From NCBI GenBank assembly GCA_963794945.1, contig CAWCFT010000013.1, positions 10,606-74,605 of the forward strand: a DNA stretch of 64,000 bases, written 5' to 3'. The position numbers were made by a program, and so were the translations under genes. This DNA is from Endomicrobiales bacterium (GTDB lineage: Bacteria > Elusimicrobiota > Endomicrobiia > Endomicrobiales > CAWCFT01). Of this stretch, positions 1 through 10,310 are shown in pieces (the first letter of the stretch is position 1; each line of letters starts with the position of its first letter). The notes beneath the pieces were generated by a model, which had not been told where the DNA came from, ran no database searches, and saw only the letters and a program-made list of their open reading frames with translations.

Positions 1-579
1 GTTGGAGAAGAAGATAAGGCAAATTCTAATTGGAACTGGGCAAGACACAAAACAGGAAAGTACTACGAGCCGCATAAGCGTACTCAAAACGAAACGGACG
101 CTATAAACACCGAGTTAAAGAAACGCGCTGATGCGGCGATCAAGTTGTTCCACTCGCGTGACGTTGACGGCGCCATAAAGCTCATGGAAGAGACGATGAC
201 AGAATATCCAGACCATATACTCACCTATACTTTTCTGGCGGAGATATACATTCGCAGTAAGAACTTTTCTGCAGCGAAGGACATGCTTGATAAAGCGATG
301 AAGTTTGCGCAGTACGATGATGGTAAAGGCAAGGTCATGAGACTGCAGGGTTATCTTTCTTACACTATGGGCGAAACCCAGCAGGCTTTGGAATATCTTA
401 ACCGCTCATTAAAAATGGTGGAAGATCCGCAATACAATTATTTCCATCTTGCGAAAACATACATGATGAAGGGAGATATCAAGAACGCTCTTGACTCCAT
501 ACGGGAAGCGGTAAGACTGGACCCAAATAATCCAGTCGCTGCTGAGCTTCTGAAAGATTTTGAGACAGACGGCATATGA
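1..579 (+). CDS. TPR-repeat protein, 5' truncated by the window edge
   Basis: Frame is open from base 1 (VGEEDK...) through ORF 145..579. TPR-like helices (YTFLAEIY, YFHLAKTY...EAVRLDPNNP). Confidence 0.8.
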   Translation, partial: VGEEDKANSNWNWARHKTGKYYEPHKRTQNETDAINTELKKRADAAIKLFHSRDVDGAIKLMEETMTEYPDHILTYTFLAEIYIRSKNFSAAKDMLDKAMKFAQYDDGKGKVMRLQGYLSYTMGETQQALEYLNRSLKMVEDPQYNYFHLAKTYMMKGDIKNALDSIREAVRLDPNNPVAAELLKDFETDGI

Positions 580-1949
580 GAATAATGCTTCTAACTCCTC
601 CAGTGCTTTACGCCCGGCATATTTCGCCCGGGCCGGCCTACATTAAGGCCTACCTTGAGCGGGCTGGGCACGAGGTCAGATGCCGTGATCTGAACACAGA
701 GATACATGTCCAAAACGACGGCGACGATTTTTATTGGACCCAGCCAGATAATTGCAGAGAGTTCTATTCTTCTAACAAGCCACTTTTTAAAAAATGGGTA
801 GATGAGATAGAAGCGTTCAATCCGGATATCGTGGGCTTTACCGTTTGGACAACGACCATTAATCTTAGCCTTAAACTCGCGCTGATGATAAAGATAAGGA
901 ACCCCGGGAGAATAGTAATATTTGGAGGGTATCTCGCGGGAACCCGGGCAAAACAGCTTTTTGATTATCCTCAACTGGACGCTGTGGTTTTGGGCGAAGG
1001 AGAAGAAACACTTCTTGAGCTGGTGAAGATTGTTGAGTCAAAGGGTGAAATCGGCCCTTGTGATGGAGCGATAATCAGGAAGGACGGAGTTGTTATTGAG
1101 GGCAGCCCGCGCAAGGAAATATTTAACCTCGACAGCCTGCCTTTCCCAGATTTCTCTGATTATGATACAACAAAATACTTCAACAAGGACGCGCTCCCGA
1201 TCGTTTTCAGCCGCGGATGTTCGTGGCGTTGCGCTTTCTGCACGACCTACACGTCCTGGAAGTCGCACCGCAGCAGGAGTGCCTGCTCTATTATAGACGA
1301 GATAAAGCTTCGCATGGCGCAATATCCAGCTACACGCAGATTCGAGATATGCGATCCGGCCTGTAACCAGGACCTTGAGGTCCTTTCTTCGGTATGCGAC
1401 GGGATTATAGCTGAAAAGATCGATGTGACATTTTCGAGCATGGCGCAGATAAGACCCGACATGGACGCGGTGTTACTGAAAAAAATGAAACTGGCCGGGT
1501 TCCATACACTTAATTTCGGGATGGAAAGCGGTTCGGATAGAATGCTTAAGAGCATGCGCAAGCTCTACACATCGGCTGAAGCCGAAAAGGTCATACGAGA
1601 GGCATCGTCCGCAGGCATTAACGTGGTGCTTAACTTCGTAGTCGGTTTCCCAGGTGAGGAACAGGAGGATTTCACACAGACGTTAGATTTTATTGAACGC
1701 AACAAGAGTTTTATAGCGAACGTCGCCCCGGCCCATGAGTGCGACATAATCGGCACGGAAATATGCGCGCGGCCTGAAGAGTATAATGTAAAAGTGCCAA
1801 TGATAGACGATTATATTCAGTACTGGGAAACGATCGATAAAAAGAACAACTATGAGGTCAGGCACAGGAGAAAGCAGGAGTTCGACGGATTCCTCAACAG
1901 GATACAGATGCCGATAAAATGCGGCGTTTTTGACCGGGGTAGTCAGTAA
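576..1949 (+). CDS. Cobalamin-binding radical SAM protein
   Basis: N-terminal B12-binding-type region (DIVGFT, VIFGG, GEGEET), SRGCSWRCAFC motif, GMESGSDRML, VVGFPGE. Confidence 0.9.
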   Translation: MRIMLLTPPVLYARHISPGPAYIKAYLERAGHEVRCRDLNTEIHVQNDGDDFYWTQPDNCREFYSSNKPLFKKWVDEIEAFNPDIVGFTVWTTTINLSLKLALMIKIRNPGRIVIFGGYLAGTRAKQLFDYPQLDAVVLGEGEETLLELVKIVESKGEIGPCDGAIIRKDGVVIEGSPRKEIFNLDSLPFPDFSDYDTTKYFNKDALPIVFSRGCSWRCAFCTTYTSWKSHRSRSACSIIDEIKLRMAQYPATRRFEICDPACNQDLEVLSSVCDGIIAEKIDVTFSSMAQIRPDMDAVLLKKMKLAGFHTLNFGMESGSDRMLKSMRKLYTSAEAEKVIREASSAGINVVLNFVVGFPGEEQEDFTQTLDFIERNKSFIANVAPAHECDIIGTEICARPEEYNVKVPMIDDYIQYWETIDKKNNYEVRHRRKQEFDGFLNRIQMPIKCGVFDRGSQ

Positions 1950-2068
1950 AATATCGCTGGATACATACCAGCGAGTCTATCTTAGTATCCATCAGTTGCA
2001 GGTCTTGCATAATAAACTGTGTGCAATAAATTGATGCATTATTAATATTATCTACAGGATCTATAAAT

Positions 2069-2971
2069 ATGAACAACAGCTCACATTTAATTATGCGTAA
2101 GACAGCACCTTATAAGGTATTCTTTACATGGGAGATAACATATCTGTGCAATTATAAATGCACATACTGCCATGCCCCCAAACACGGCAGGCCAAACATT
2201 CCAAATACAATCTATCCGGGCCTTCAGGCATGGAAAGATGCGTGGAACAGAATGTCCATTGATTACGGCGAATGCGAGATTGTTGTAAGCGGCGGAGAAC
2301 CGTTCTTCTACCCGGATTTCATGGAGTTGGCTATCTATATAACACAAAAACACATAATAGAGTTTACAACAAATCTCTCTTGGGATGTTTCGAAATTCAC
2401 TGATAGTGGCATACCTCCGAAGCGGGCAAGGTTCGGCACAAGTTTTCATCCCGAATATGTCTCCCTTGAGGATTTTATCAAGAAGGTCAACATCCTAAGG
2501 TCAGCCGGTTTCGAAACTTGGGCGAATTTTGTTCCATGGCCGCCATTCTTCTCCAGGCTTGCTGAGTTCCAGCAGGCGTTCGAGAAGGAAGGGATAAAAC
2601 TTGTTCTCCAGCCGTTCCTTGGCGAATATGAGGGCAAACGATATCCGCAGGGTTACACTGACGAAGAGAAAAAGAGCCTCGGCATATTCACAGACGAATC
2701 CAATAAGAAATCCGTGGATTTCAAAACAACGGCCGAATCGTTAAAGAAGGGAAAACTTTGCCGGATGGGCGAGAACTATGCTTTTATACACGCCGACGGC
2801 AATACTGACAGGTGCTGTAAGGATAAGACCGTCAAACTTGGCAATGTTATCACTGGTACATTCAGATTGCTTGATGAACCTCAACCATGCAGGTCGGACG
2901 AGTGCAACTGTTGGAGATGTATGATGGTTGAAAAAGAGCCAGAGTGGGTAAAATACTGGGGCAGAAAATAA
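2069..2971 (+). CDS. Short radical SAM protein with Cys-rich C-terminus (subfamily A)
   Basis: CNYKCTYC, GGEP, TNLS, SFHP; C-terminal CRMG..CC..CRSDECNCWRC. Confidence 0.88.
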   Translation: MNNSSHLIMRKTAPYKVFFTWEITYLCNYKCTYCHAPKHGRPNIPNTIYPGLQAWKDAWNRMSIDYGECEIVVSGGEPFFYPDFMELAIYITQKHIIEFTTNLSWDVSKFTDSGIPPKRARFGTSFHPEYVSLEDFIKKVNILRSAGFETWANFVPWPPFFSRLAEFQQAFEKEGIKLVLQPFLGEYEGKRYPQGYTDEEKKSLGIFTDESNKKSVDFKTTAESLKKGKLCRMGENYAFIHADGNTDRCCKDKTVKLGNVITGTFRLLDEPQPCRSDECNCWRCMMVEKEPEWVKYWGRK

Positions 2972-2981
2972 GCGAGGCGGA

Positions 2982-4343
2982 ATGAAAGTCGTGTTATTGA
3001 GGTGCCCATGGGTAACCGTTCTTCAGCCGCCTGATATAGGTGTCGCCTACCTCATTGCCAGCCTGAAAAGAGATGGGCATGATGTTTGCTTTATCGACCT
3101 GAACATGGAGTTTTATAATAAGATAGACGAAATCGATAAAAAACGGCTTATTTACAGTAATCCTAACGTACTAATCAATGAAGGGAAAAAAATATTCAAT
3201 AAATACTCCATGCTCGTTGAAGAATCTGTTAGAAGAGTTGTAGCGTTGAACCCGGACATGGTAGGCTTCAACGTTTGGCAGATGAATGGCGGAGCAAGCG
3301 TGGAGTTCGCAAAAAGAATTAAGAAATCTGATAGTAATATAGTTACTATTTTCGGCGGTCCGGATGCATATCCTCTGTGGTCGGGGATGAATTATATCAG
3401 GGAAGATTCGGTGGATCTAGTAGCTTACGGGGAAGCAGAGGTTACTTTTCAGAAGATACTAGATGAACTTGGAGGGAACGGCAAAATTAGCCCTGTCCCG
3501 GGAACGATAAGTAAAAACAATGGTTCTTTTATCGACAGCGGATTCAGCTGTGTTGTTGAAAATATCGACGAGCTGCCGATACCTGCCTTGGAATATTTTT
3601 CACTGGAGCTTTATATCCATGATGCGCTGCCTATATCTTTTACCCGTGGCTGTGTACATAAGTGCGAATATTGCCCACGCGAAATGTATCCGCATTTCCG
3701 CAGTCGTTCGGCGGCAGAAATTGTAAAAGAAATAGAGCTTCGCTCAAATATATTTCCAAAAAATAACAAATATTTTGTATGCGATGCCGCTCTTAATGCA
3801 AACCTTAAGCAGATCGGAGAGCTCTGCGATACTCTAATTGAAAAAAATATCCAGAAGGCTTTCGGCGGGTTTGCTTACACGCATCCGGGAGCGGATCGAG
3901 ATTTTCTATTCAAGATGAGAAAAGCCGGTTTCAATGAATTGGTTTATGGGGTGGAAAGCGGTTCTGAAAAGATGCTAGCGAGCTTGGGAAAACATATTGA
4001 GATCAAGACTATTGAAAAGATAATAAAAGATACACATAAGGCAGGAATAGAAGTTTCTGTGGATATATTGGTTGGCCTGCCTGGCGAGAGCCAGGATGAT
4101 TTCAGAAAAACCTTAGATTTTCTTTCGAGGAACAGAGATCATATAAAAAAAGTCGGAGTGAATTATTTTGGAGTACTTCCTTACAGTAAGATATACGACA
4201 GAATAGAAGAATACAAACTCGTGCCCGAGGACATCATCATGAACAGAATAGGCGAATTAATGCGCTTGCTAAATTCTCTCGGGCTGGCCGAGACCGTCAA
4301 AGTGGGGTTTGAGGCGGAACGGGATATGGCGGTTGGCATATGA
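2982..4343 (+). CDS. Cobalamin-binding radical SAM protein
   Basis: FGGP, GEAE, TRGCVHKCEYC, GVESGS, VGLPGE. Confidence 0.9.
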   Translation: MKVVLLRCPWVTVLQPPDIGVAYLIASLKRDGHDVCFIDLNMEFYNKIDEIDKKRLIYSNPNVLINEGKKIFNKYSMLVEESVRRVVALNPDMVGFNVWQMNGGASVEFAKRIKKSDSNIVTIFGGPDAYPLWSGMNYIREDSVDLVAYGEAEVTFQKILDELGGNGKISPVPGTISKNNGSFIDSGFSCVVENIDELPIPALEYFSLELYIHDALPISFTRGCVHKCEYCPREMYPHFRSRSAAEIVKEIELRSNIFPKNNKYFVCDAALNANLKQIGELCDTLIEKNIQKAFGGFAYTHPGADRDFLFKMRKAGFNELVYGVESGSEKMLASLGKHIEIKTIEKIIKDTHKAGIEVSVDILVGLPGESQDDFRKTLDFLSRNRDHIKKVGVNYFGVLPYSKIYDRIEEYKLVPEDIIMNRIGELMRLLNSLGLAETVKVGFEAERDMAVGI

Positions 4344-5167
4344 TTCAATTCACTTGGGACATACATTATAAATGCGATTACCGATGCCCTTATTGCTGGT
4401 TTGACGGCAAATGGGATGAGATAAAATCTAACAACATTTATCCAGGGACACCGAAACTCCTGTCCTATTGGGAAAACATACACAAAAGATATGGGACTGT
4501 TCATATAGAAATAGCGGGCGGCGAACCCACTATCTACCCGGGTTTCGCGGGGTTCGTAAGCGAACTCGCCAAAATGCACGATATCGGGGTAACCTCCAAC
4601 ATCTCAGGCGACATCGAAGGCGTGCTAAAGTCCGAGAAAAAATTCAATATCGGTATGAGTTTTCACCCGATGTTTGTAGATTATCAATCGTTTGTAAAAA
4701 GGGCTTTAAAGTTAAAAAATGACGGATTTGGAAACACGATATTGTATCTTGCATACCCAGGATTTATTGAAAAAATTCCCGAATATAAGGCTTTATTCGA
4801 AAGACAGGGTTTTATATTCAACGTGTTGTCTTTTTGGGGTAAATACAAGGGGTTAGATTACCCGCAAAGCTACGGTGATGAAGAAAGACGAATAATTAAT
4901 CCCGCACTTGGCGTGCGTGATGAAAGTAATTGCAAATACCAGATAGACCCCGTTATAACCAGAGGAAAAGAGTGTAACGCTGGGTTTATGTACGTTTTAG
5001 TGCATCCCAACGGCGACGCTTACCGCTGCGGCGGGGGCAACTGGAAGGAACAGCACCAGCCTTTCGGTAACGTTTTTACGGAAGATTTCAGACTCCTTGA
5101 AAAACCAGAACTGTGCGAATCGGATCACTGCCCCTGTAACGAATGGAGCTTTCTTTTAGTTAAATGA
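4340..5167 (+). CDS. Short radical SAM protein (subfamily B)
   Basis: CDYRCPYC, GGEP, SFHP; C-terminal CNAG..RCGG..CESDHCPCNEW. Confidence 0.88.
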   Translation: MIQFTWDIHYKCDYRCPYCWFDGKWDEIKSNNIYPGTPKLLSYWENIHKRYGTVHIEIAGGEPTIYPGFAGFVSELAKMHDIGVTSNISGDIEGVLKSEKKFNIGMSFHPMFVDYQSFVKRALKLKNDGFGNTILYLAYPGFIEKIPEYKALFERQGFIFNVLSFWGKYKGLDYPQSYGDEERRIINPALGVRDESNCKYQIDPVITRGKECNAGFMYVLVHPNGDAYRCGGGNWKEQHQPFGNVFTEDFRLLEKPELCESDHCPCNEWSFLLVK

Positions 5168-6216
5168 ACATGATATCCAGCATAGTTAAGAACAACAAAG
5201 AGTTAAATTTGAGCGAAGTACTTGAGCGAAAGATAGTGCTTTCATCTCGCCCGCAAACACTGCGTGTTATCCTGACTAACCGCTGCAACATAGACTGCAT
5301 AATGTGCGATATCTCCAGCCATGGCAATGATGATACGATACCGCTAGAGGCATTGTCAAAGATAGAACCGCTGCTGCCTTATATCGAGAGTATAGATTGG
5401 CAGGGCGGCGAGGTTTTCATGGTCCCGTATTTCAAGGCCTTTCTTAAATCTATCATAGAAAAACATGGGCACATCACTCACGCCATTCAGACAAACGGAT
5501 TATTCCTGAGTGATGAATGGGCCGAGATCATAGCGGCTAATAATATCACATTACTCGTTTCCATAAACAGTACAAGGAAAGAGATTTATGAGCATATCCA
5601 CCGTGGCGCCAATTTTGACAGGTTGCTCGATAACCTAGTTGGTTTCCGCGAAAAAAAATAAAACACTCATCTACGGCGCGCACGGTACTTTGTATTTGTA
5701 TAATGAGATCGAACTATGAAGAAATTGGTTCTTTTGTTAAATTTGCGAGAACATACGGTTTTGCACAAATATCGCTCGGTTTTTTGCACGGAGATCAGGC
5801 TCAAAGAGCGTATATTTTTCCCTCATGATGTATTGGCGGTAAATTACCTGAAAAACGTTATGCCTGAGTTCAGGCAGGCATGCATTGAGTCTTCAGTGCA
5901 TCTGGATTGTTATTTTGATCCGATCCTGAAAGAACACTCAGGCAAAGATAACGGAGAAAAACCAGCTAAACAAGAGGCTCGAATAAACAGCTCAGAGATA
6001 CTATGTGATATGCCGTGGCGAAATCTTACGATAGATGCGATTAGAGGAGGAATGGTATATCCTGAATGCCTGTGTGACCGCCCAGTAGGGAATATATTGA
6101 CGGATACCGTGGAACAACTTTGGAATGGAGAACAAACTCAAGAGTACCGTAGAGCACTTTTAGACAACGATAGAAGTGTGTGCTCTAGCGAGTGCTTTCG
6201 TATGATGAAAAGATAA
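5164..6216 (+). CDS. Radical SAM protein with SPASM/twitch domain, apparently split by two frameshifts
   Basis: CNIDCIMC, GGE, QTNG in 5164..5661. After the A-run at ~5655 another frame reads IMRSNYEEIGSFVKFA, then joins the 5716..6216 frame with CDMPW..YPECLC..GNI..W..CSSEC. Confidence 0.75.
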
Positions 6217-6233
6217 GAGGTAAACAGAAAGTT

Positions 6234-7166
6234 ATGATCAAAGCGCCACATGATTTCAGAAGAACTATAAAGCCGGGCAAGGTTTTCATAAGCTGGGATA
6301 TCACCTATAAATGCAATTACAAGTGCAGCTACTGTCACTACGGCGGTGCGAAAGACGCTGGCGAGCCGTGTGGAACGGTCTATCCTGGAACAGACAAGTG
6401 GATAGATATTTGGACCGGTATCTATAAGCGTTACGGCAGCTGCCAGATACACATTGTCGGAGGTGAACCGTTCTACTATCCAGACTTCATGAAGATTATA
6501 GTCCGGCTTTCCGAGATACACACTTGGGAATGCTCGACTAACCTCTCTTGGGACGTCGATACCCTGATTGCAAATATAAGCCCCGGCAGGGCGCGTATAG
6601 GGGTGAGTTATCACCCGGAATTCGTGGGTTTTGAAGAATTTTTTAAGAAAGCCCACAAACTCAAAAAGGCCGGATTTGAGGTTTGGGCGAACTATGTTGC
6701 CTTCCCGAGCATTCTTTCCGGTATGGATGAAGCCAAGAGGCGCTTCAATGAGATAGGAATAAGCATGTCGATACTGCCATACAAAGGGCAGTACCAGGGC
6801 AAGACATATCCCGAGGCGTTCACCGAAGATGAACGCGCGTTCTTGAGGAAGCTCGGGACAGAACCATGGGTGCAAAAAACACTGGATTTTACGTTCGACA
6901 AGAAACAGCAGCAGACCATAAAAAAGAAATGCCGAATGGGGCAAATGTATGCTAAAATCAGTTCTAACGGAGATGCAATAAGCTGCTGCACAATAAACGC
7001 TGTAAAGCTCGGCAATGTAATTGACGGCACTTTCGCGCTTCTGGACGAGCCAGTTACCTGCGCCGATGAAAAATGTCCTTGCTGGAAGTGCATGCTGGTA
7101 GAATCAGAAGACAATTGGTGCCAGCACTGGGTGGTTCCTCCGGACGGTAGGATAAAAACAACATGA
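6234..7166 (+). CDS. Short radical SAM protein (subfamily A, paralog of 2069..2971)
   Basis: CNYKCSYC, GGEPFYYPDFM, TNLSW, SYHP, CRMG..CC..CADEKCPCWKC. ATG at 6234 follows GAGG. Confidence 0.88.
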   Translation: MIKAPHDFRRTIKPGKVFISWDITYKCNYKCSYCHYGGAKDAGEPCGTVYPGTDKWIDIWTGIYKRYGSCQIHIVGGEPFYYPDFMKIIVRLSEIHTWECSTNLSWDVDTLIANISPGRARIGVSYHPEFVGFEEFFKKAHKLKKAGFEVWANYVAFPSILSGMDEAKRRFNEIGISMSILPYKGQYQGKTYPEAFTEDERAFLRKLGTEPWVQKTLDFTFDKKQQQTIKKKCRMGQMYAKISSNGDAISCCTINAVKLGNVIDGTFALLDEPVTCADEKCPCWKCMLVESEDNWCQHWVVPPDGRIKTT

Positions 7167-8737
7167 AAATAGCGCTCATACAAACACCAGTTTGGGGGGT
7201 TTATGGGCCGCCAGTCGGCCTCGCGCAGATTTCCGGTTGCCTAAAGCTCGCGGGCCATAATGCAAAACTTTTCGATATGAACGTGTTTTTGTATAATAAG
7301 CGAGCGGAGCGCTACGCGAATAATTGGGCCATAGAGCAGAGCAGTTTCTGGTGTTCTCCTGAGAACGTGAACCGGTATTGGAAAGACAATCAGGAATGTA
7401 TTAAGGAATATATCTGTAAAGTAATCGATTTTAATCCGGAAATGATCTGTTTTTCGGTTAACGTTTGTTCATGGCACAGCACGGTGCTGGCGGCTGGGAA
7501 ATTGAAAGAGGCATTGCCTGGAATTCAAATTGTGATAGGAGGCCCGCCATTTCTTGTTCCGTTCACGGCGGGGGATTACCTTAACCGTTCTGAGATCGAT
7601 ATAATAGTTTACGGCGAGTCGGAGAAAACACTTCCCGAGCTTGCCTCGGTGCTGACGGCAGGCGGAGACCTGTCAAAGTGCCACGGAATTTGTTTCAAAC
7701 ATGATGGAAAGATAATAAAGACAGAAGCAAGGCCTCAGCTCCGCGATCTTGATGGTCTTCCTTTTATGGATTTTTCAGATACGCCTTTTGCAGATTATGA
7801 TCCTCCAGGGCATATGGGAAGGCATATTTCAATAATGACCAGCCGCGGCTGTGTCCAGCAGTGCGTGTACTGCGGGCCGCGCAAATACTGGCCCGGCTTT
7901 CGCAGTATGAGCGGAAAACGCATTTACGCAGAGATAGAACATCACTTTAATGCCGACTATGGTTTCCAGCACATCGAGTTCCTTGACCTCCTGGTTAACG
8001 GCAACATGAAAACGCTCACGGATCTTTGTAGCCTTATGTTGGGCGGGCCGCTGGGCGGTAAGCTCAAGTGGCACGCAAACCTTATAGTTCGAAAGGAGAT
8101 GACCGAAGCAGTTTTCCGTATGATGGCAGATGCCGGCTGCAAACACGTTACTTTCGGCATAGAATCAGGGTCACAGAGAGTTCTGGAAGCGATGAGAAAA
8201 AAGTACCGCATCGAAGACGCGGATATGGTGCTTGCCAACGCGCACAGGGCAGGTATAGAAGTTACATGCAATTTTATGTTCGGTTTTCCGGGAGAGACCA
8301 GGGAAGATTTTAAAATAACGCTGGAATTTCTAAAGAGAAACCGAGAAAATATAACCATAGCTTACCCTTCCAGGACGTTCTGTACTATCGAGCCTCACAG
8401 CCACCTGCAGGAACACATAGAAGAGTTCGACATTGTGCCGAATCCGCACCATGGCCAGTACTGGATGTCGCGGGATGGATCCAATAATTACATAGAGAGG
8501 ATGTCTCGTTGCGAGGAGTTCTCGCGGATCGCGAATGAAATTGGTGTTGACGTTGGGTTGGGGCTCCAGACTTCGTACGAGTTGGACCATTGGCTTAACC
8601 TGGGAGATTATTATAGTTGCACAGGCGATCGTGTTAAGGCTGCTGAGTGCTTTGAAAAGTATCTCAAACTAGACTCGTCTAATGCTACGGTTCGCGCAAA
8701 ACTTGATTCACTGAAGACCGCGGGACGGCCGCAATGA
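7163..8737 (+). CDS. Cobalamin-binding radical SAM protein with C-terminal TPR
   Basis: GGP, GESE, TSRGCVQQCVYC, GIESGS, FGFPGET; C-terminal WLNLGDYY..AAECFEKYLKLDSSN. Confidence 0.9.
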   Translation: MKIALIQTPVWGVYGPPVGLAQISGCLKLAGHNAKLFDMNVFLYNKRAERYANNWAIEQSSFWCSPENVNRYWKDNQECIKEYICKVIDFNPEMICFSVNVCSWHSTVLAAGKLKEALPGIQIVIGGPPFLVPFTAGDYLNRSEIDIIVYGESEKTLPELASVLTAGGDLSKCHGICFKHDGKIIKTEARPQLRDLDGLPFMDFSDTPFADYDPPGHMGRHISIMTSRGCVQQCVYCGPRKYWPGFRSMSGKRIYAEIEHHFNADYGFQHIEFLDLLVNGNMKTLTDLCSLMLGGPLGGKLKWHANLIVRKEMTEAVFRMMADAGCKHVTFGIESGSQRVLEAMRKKYRIEDADMVLANAHRAGIEVTCNFMFGFPGETREDFKITLEFLKRNRENITIAYPSRTFCTIEPHSHLQEHIEEFDIVPNPHHGQYWMSRDGSNNYIERMSRCEEFSRIANEIGVDVGLGLQTSYELDHWLNLGDYYSCTGDRVKAAECFEKYLKLDSSNATVRAKLDSLKTAGRPQ

Positions 8738-9592
8738 GCAGGAATGTCTCTTTTAACTGGGACATCCACTGGGCTTGCAACTACCGTTGTCCGTACTGCT
8801 GGTTCAACGGCAAGTGGGACGAAGTAAAAACACGCAATGTTTATCCGGCTTATGAAACTCTGATAAAAGGGTGGAAGAATATCTATAACATTTACGGACA
8901 GGTGAACGTTGCGATAACCGGCGGCGAACCGTTCATGTACCCAAAGTTCACTGAGTTCATCGGCGAAATGTTTGAATTCCATGAGTTTATGATCGTAACT
9001 AACCTTTCGGGCGACATTTCCAGTTTTATAAAAGCAAATAACAGCAAAAATGTGAAAGTGAACCCTTCATTCCATTCGTTATCGGCCGATGCTGGAGTAT
9101 TTATCGATAAAGCGCTGATGCTCAAAGAAGCCGGAATGATGCAGTGCATAACTTATCTTGCGTGGCCGCCGCTTGTACAAAAGCTGGCAGATTACCAGTC
9201 CATTTTTGAAAAGAAAGGGTTGTCGCTAACTGTGCAGCCTTTCTTCGGGGAATACGATAGCAAACGATATCCGGATAGCTATAGCGATGAAGAAAAAGCT
9301 ATAATATTTCCTCAGTTGGGGACTAGGGGAGATAAGCCTTTTCAGAACAGAAGCTTTCAGTCCAAAAGGAAAGCTCTGCAACGCCGGCAGAAGTTACGGA
9401 GTTATACAGCCAAACGGTACGGTCCGCAGATGCGGAGGAATTAATTCGGGTGATGCCGTTGTAGGCAACATCTTTAAGGAGGATTTCAGATTAAAACAGG
9501 ATCCATCCCATTGTACTTCAGAAATATGTCCGTGTAATGAGTGGGCATTTCTATTAGCAGATGTTCACTACGATGACGTTGGGAAAAAATGA
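8734..9592 (+). CDS. Short radical SAM protein (subfamily B, paralog of 4340..5167), frameshift near 9340
   Basis: CNYRCPYC, GGEP. The shifted frame continues KGKLCNAG..PNG..RCGG..CTSEICPCNEWAFL to TGA at 9590-9592. Confidence 0.85.
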
Positions 9593-9604
9593 AAGGAGAT
9601 TATC

Positions 9605-10201
9605 ATGAAGAATGCATTAACTGTAGTAGCAGCAATTATTTGTGGTTTCAGCATTATTATGGTCATAGCCTGCAAACGTTCAGAAGTCGAAAAATCTGCG
9701 GATCAACCCAAAGTTGATAATGCGGTTTCCAAAGATACCGTAAAAACTAACCCTCAAATGCAGTCTACAGCCCAGGATGCACAAATTGATGCTAAAATAG
9801 CTGAACTCGAAAAAATATTGCTTGGAAAACCAAATGATTTGCCTACACTTACTGAGCTTGCTCAATCATATTATGCTAAAAAAATGTTTGTTAGGGCTGA
9901 GGCGGACATCAATAAAGCATTATCTGCTTTACCGAATGATTTTTTCGCACTTCGTATAGATGGTGATATTCTCGCGGCGCAAAATAAACCAGAGGCGATT
10001 GAAGCGTACCAGAAATCGATTGCTGCGTGTGGTGATAAAGAAAATCTAAGTAAAGAAAAAAGTTTTGCGTATTTTGCGTTGGGCCGTTTCTATTTAAGCC
10101 AAGGAAATAAAACAAAGGCTCTGGAAAATGCTGAAAAAGCATCCGATTTAAACAAAACCGATAAATATATGTCCGATTTTCTTAAACAGTTACAAAAATA
10201 A
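9605..10201 (+). CDS. TPR-repeat lipoprotein
   Basis: Signal peptide with lipobox-like VIAC; TPR-like repeats; AAGGAG RBS. Confidence 0.75.
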   Translation: MKNALTVVAAIICGFSIIMVIACKRSEVEKSADQPKVDNAVSKDTVKTNPQMQSTAQDAQIDAKIAELEKILLGKPNDLPTLTELAQSYYAKKMFVRAEADINKALSALPNDFFALRIDGDILAAQNKPEAIEAYQKSIAACGDKENLSKEKSFAYFALGRFYLSQGNKTKALENAEKASDLNKTDKYMSDFLKQLQK

Positions 10202-10280
10202 TATTAACAATAATGTATTATTAAACTTTTCAACATAAATAGTACCGTTTGCGCCCTTTTACTCAACATATTCAAATACT

Positions 10281-10310
10281 AAAAACCGAGCCACTATTTC
10301 CCGGTGGCTT
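10281..10310 (-). terminator. Possible intrinsic terminator (minus strand)
   Basis: Minus strand reads AGCCAC-CGGGAAATA-GTGGCT-CGG-TTTTT. Confidence 0.35.

Noticed and set aside
1950..2068. RiPP precursor peptide in the gap within the array
   Set aside because: No plus-strand ORF with an RBS. Only a small hairpin (TCGCTGG..CCAGCGA) and an unconvincing minus-strand 60-aa ORF.
5650..5660. Programmed slippage at A-runs (also near 51795)
   Set aside because: Cannot be told apart from homopolymer errors given the window-wide indel rate.
2069..9592. Short radical SAMs as prokaryotic viperins
   Set aside because: They have WDI/WEI rather than the viperin N(Y/W)H before CxxxCxxC, SFHP rather than SxDS, and Cys-rich tails.
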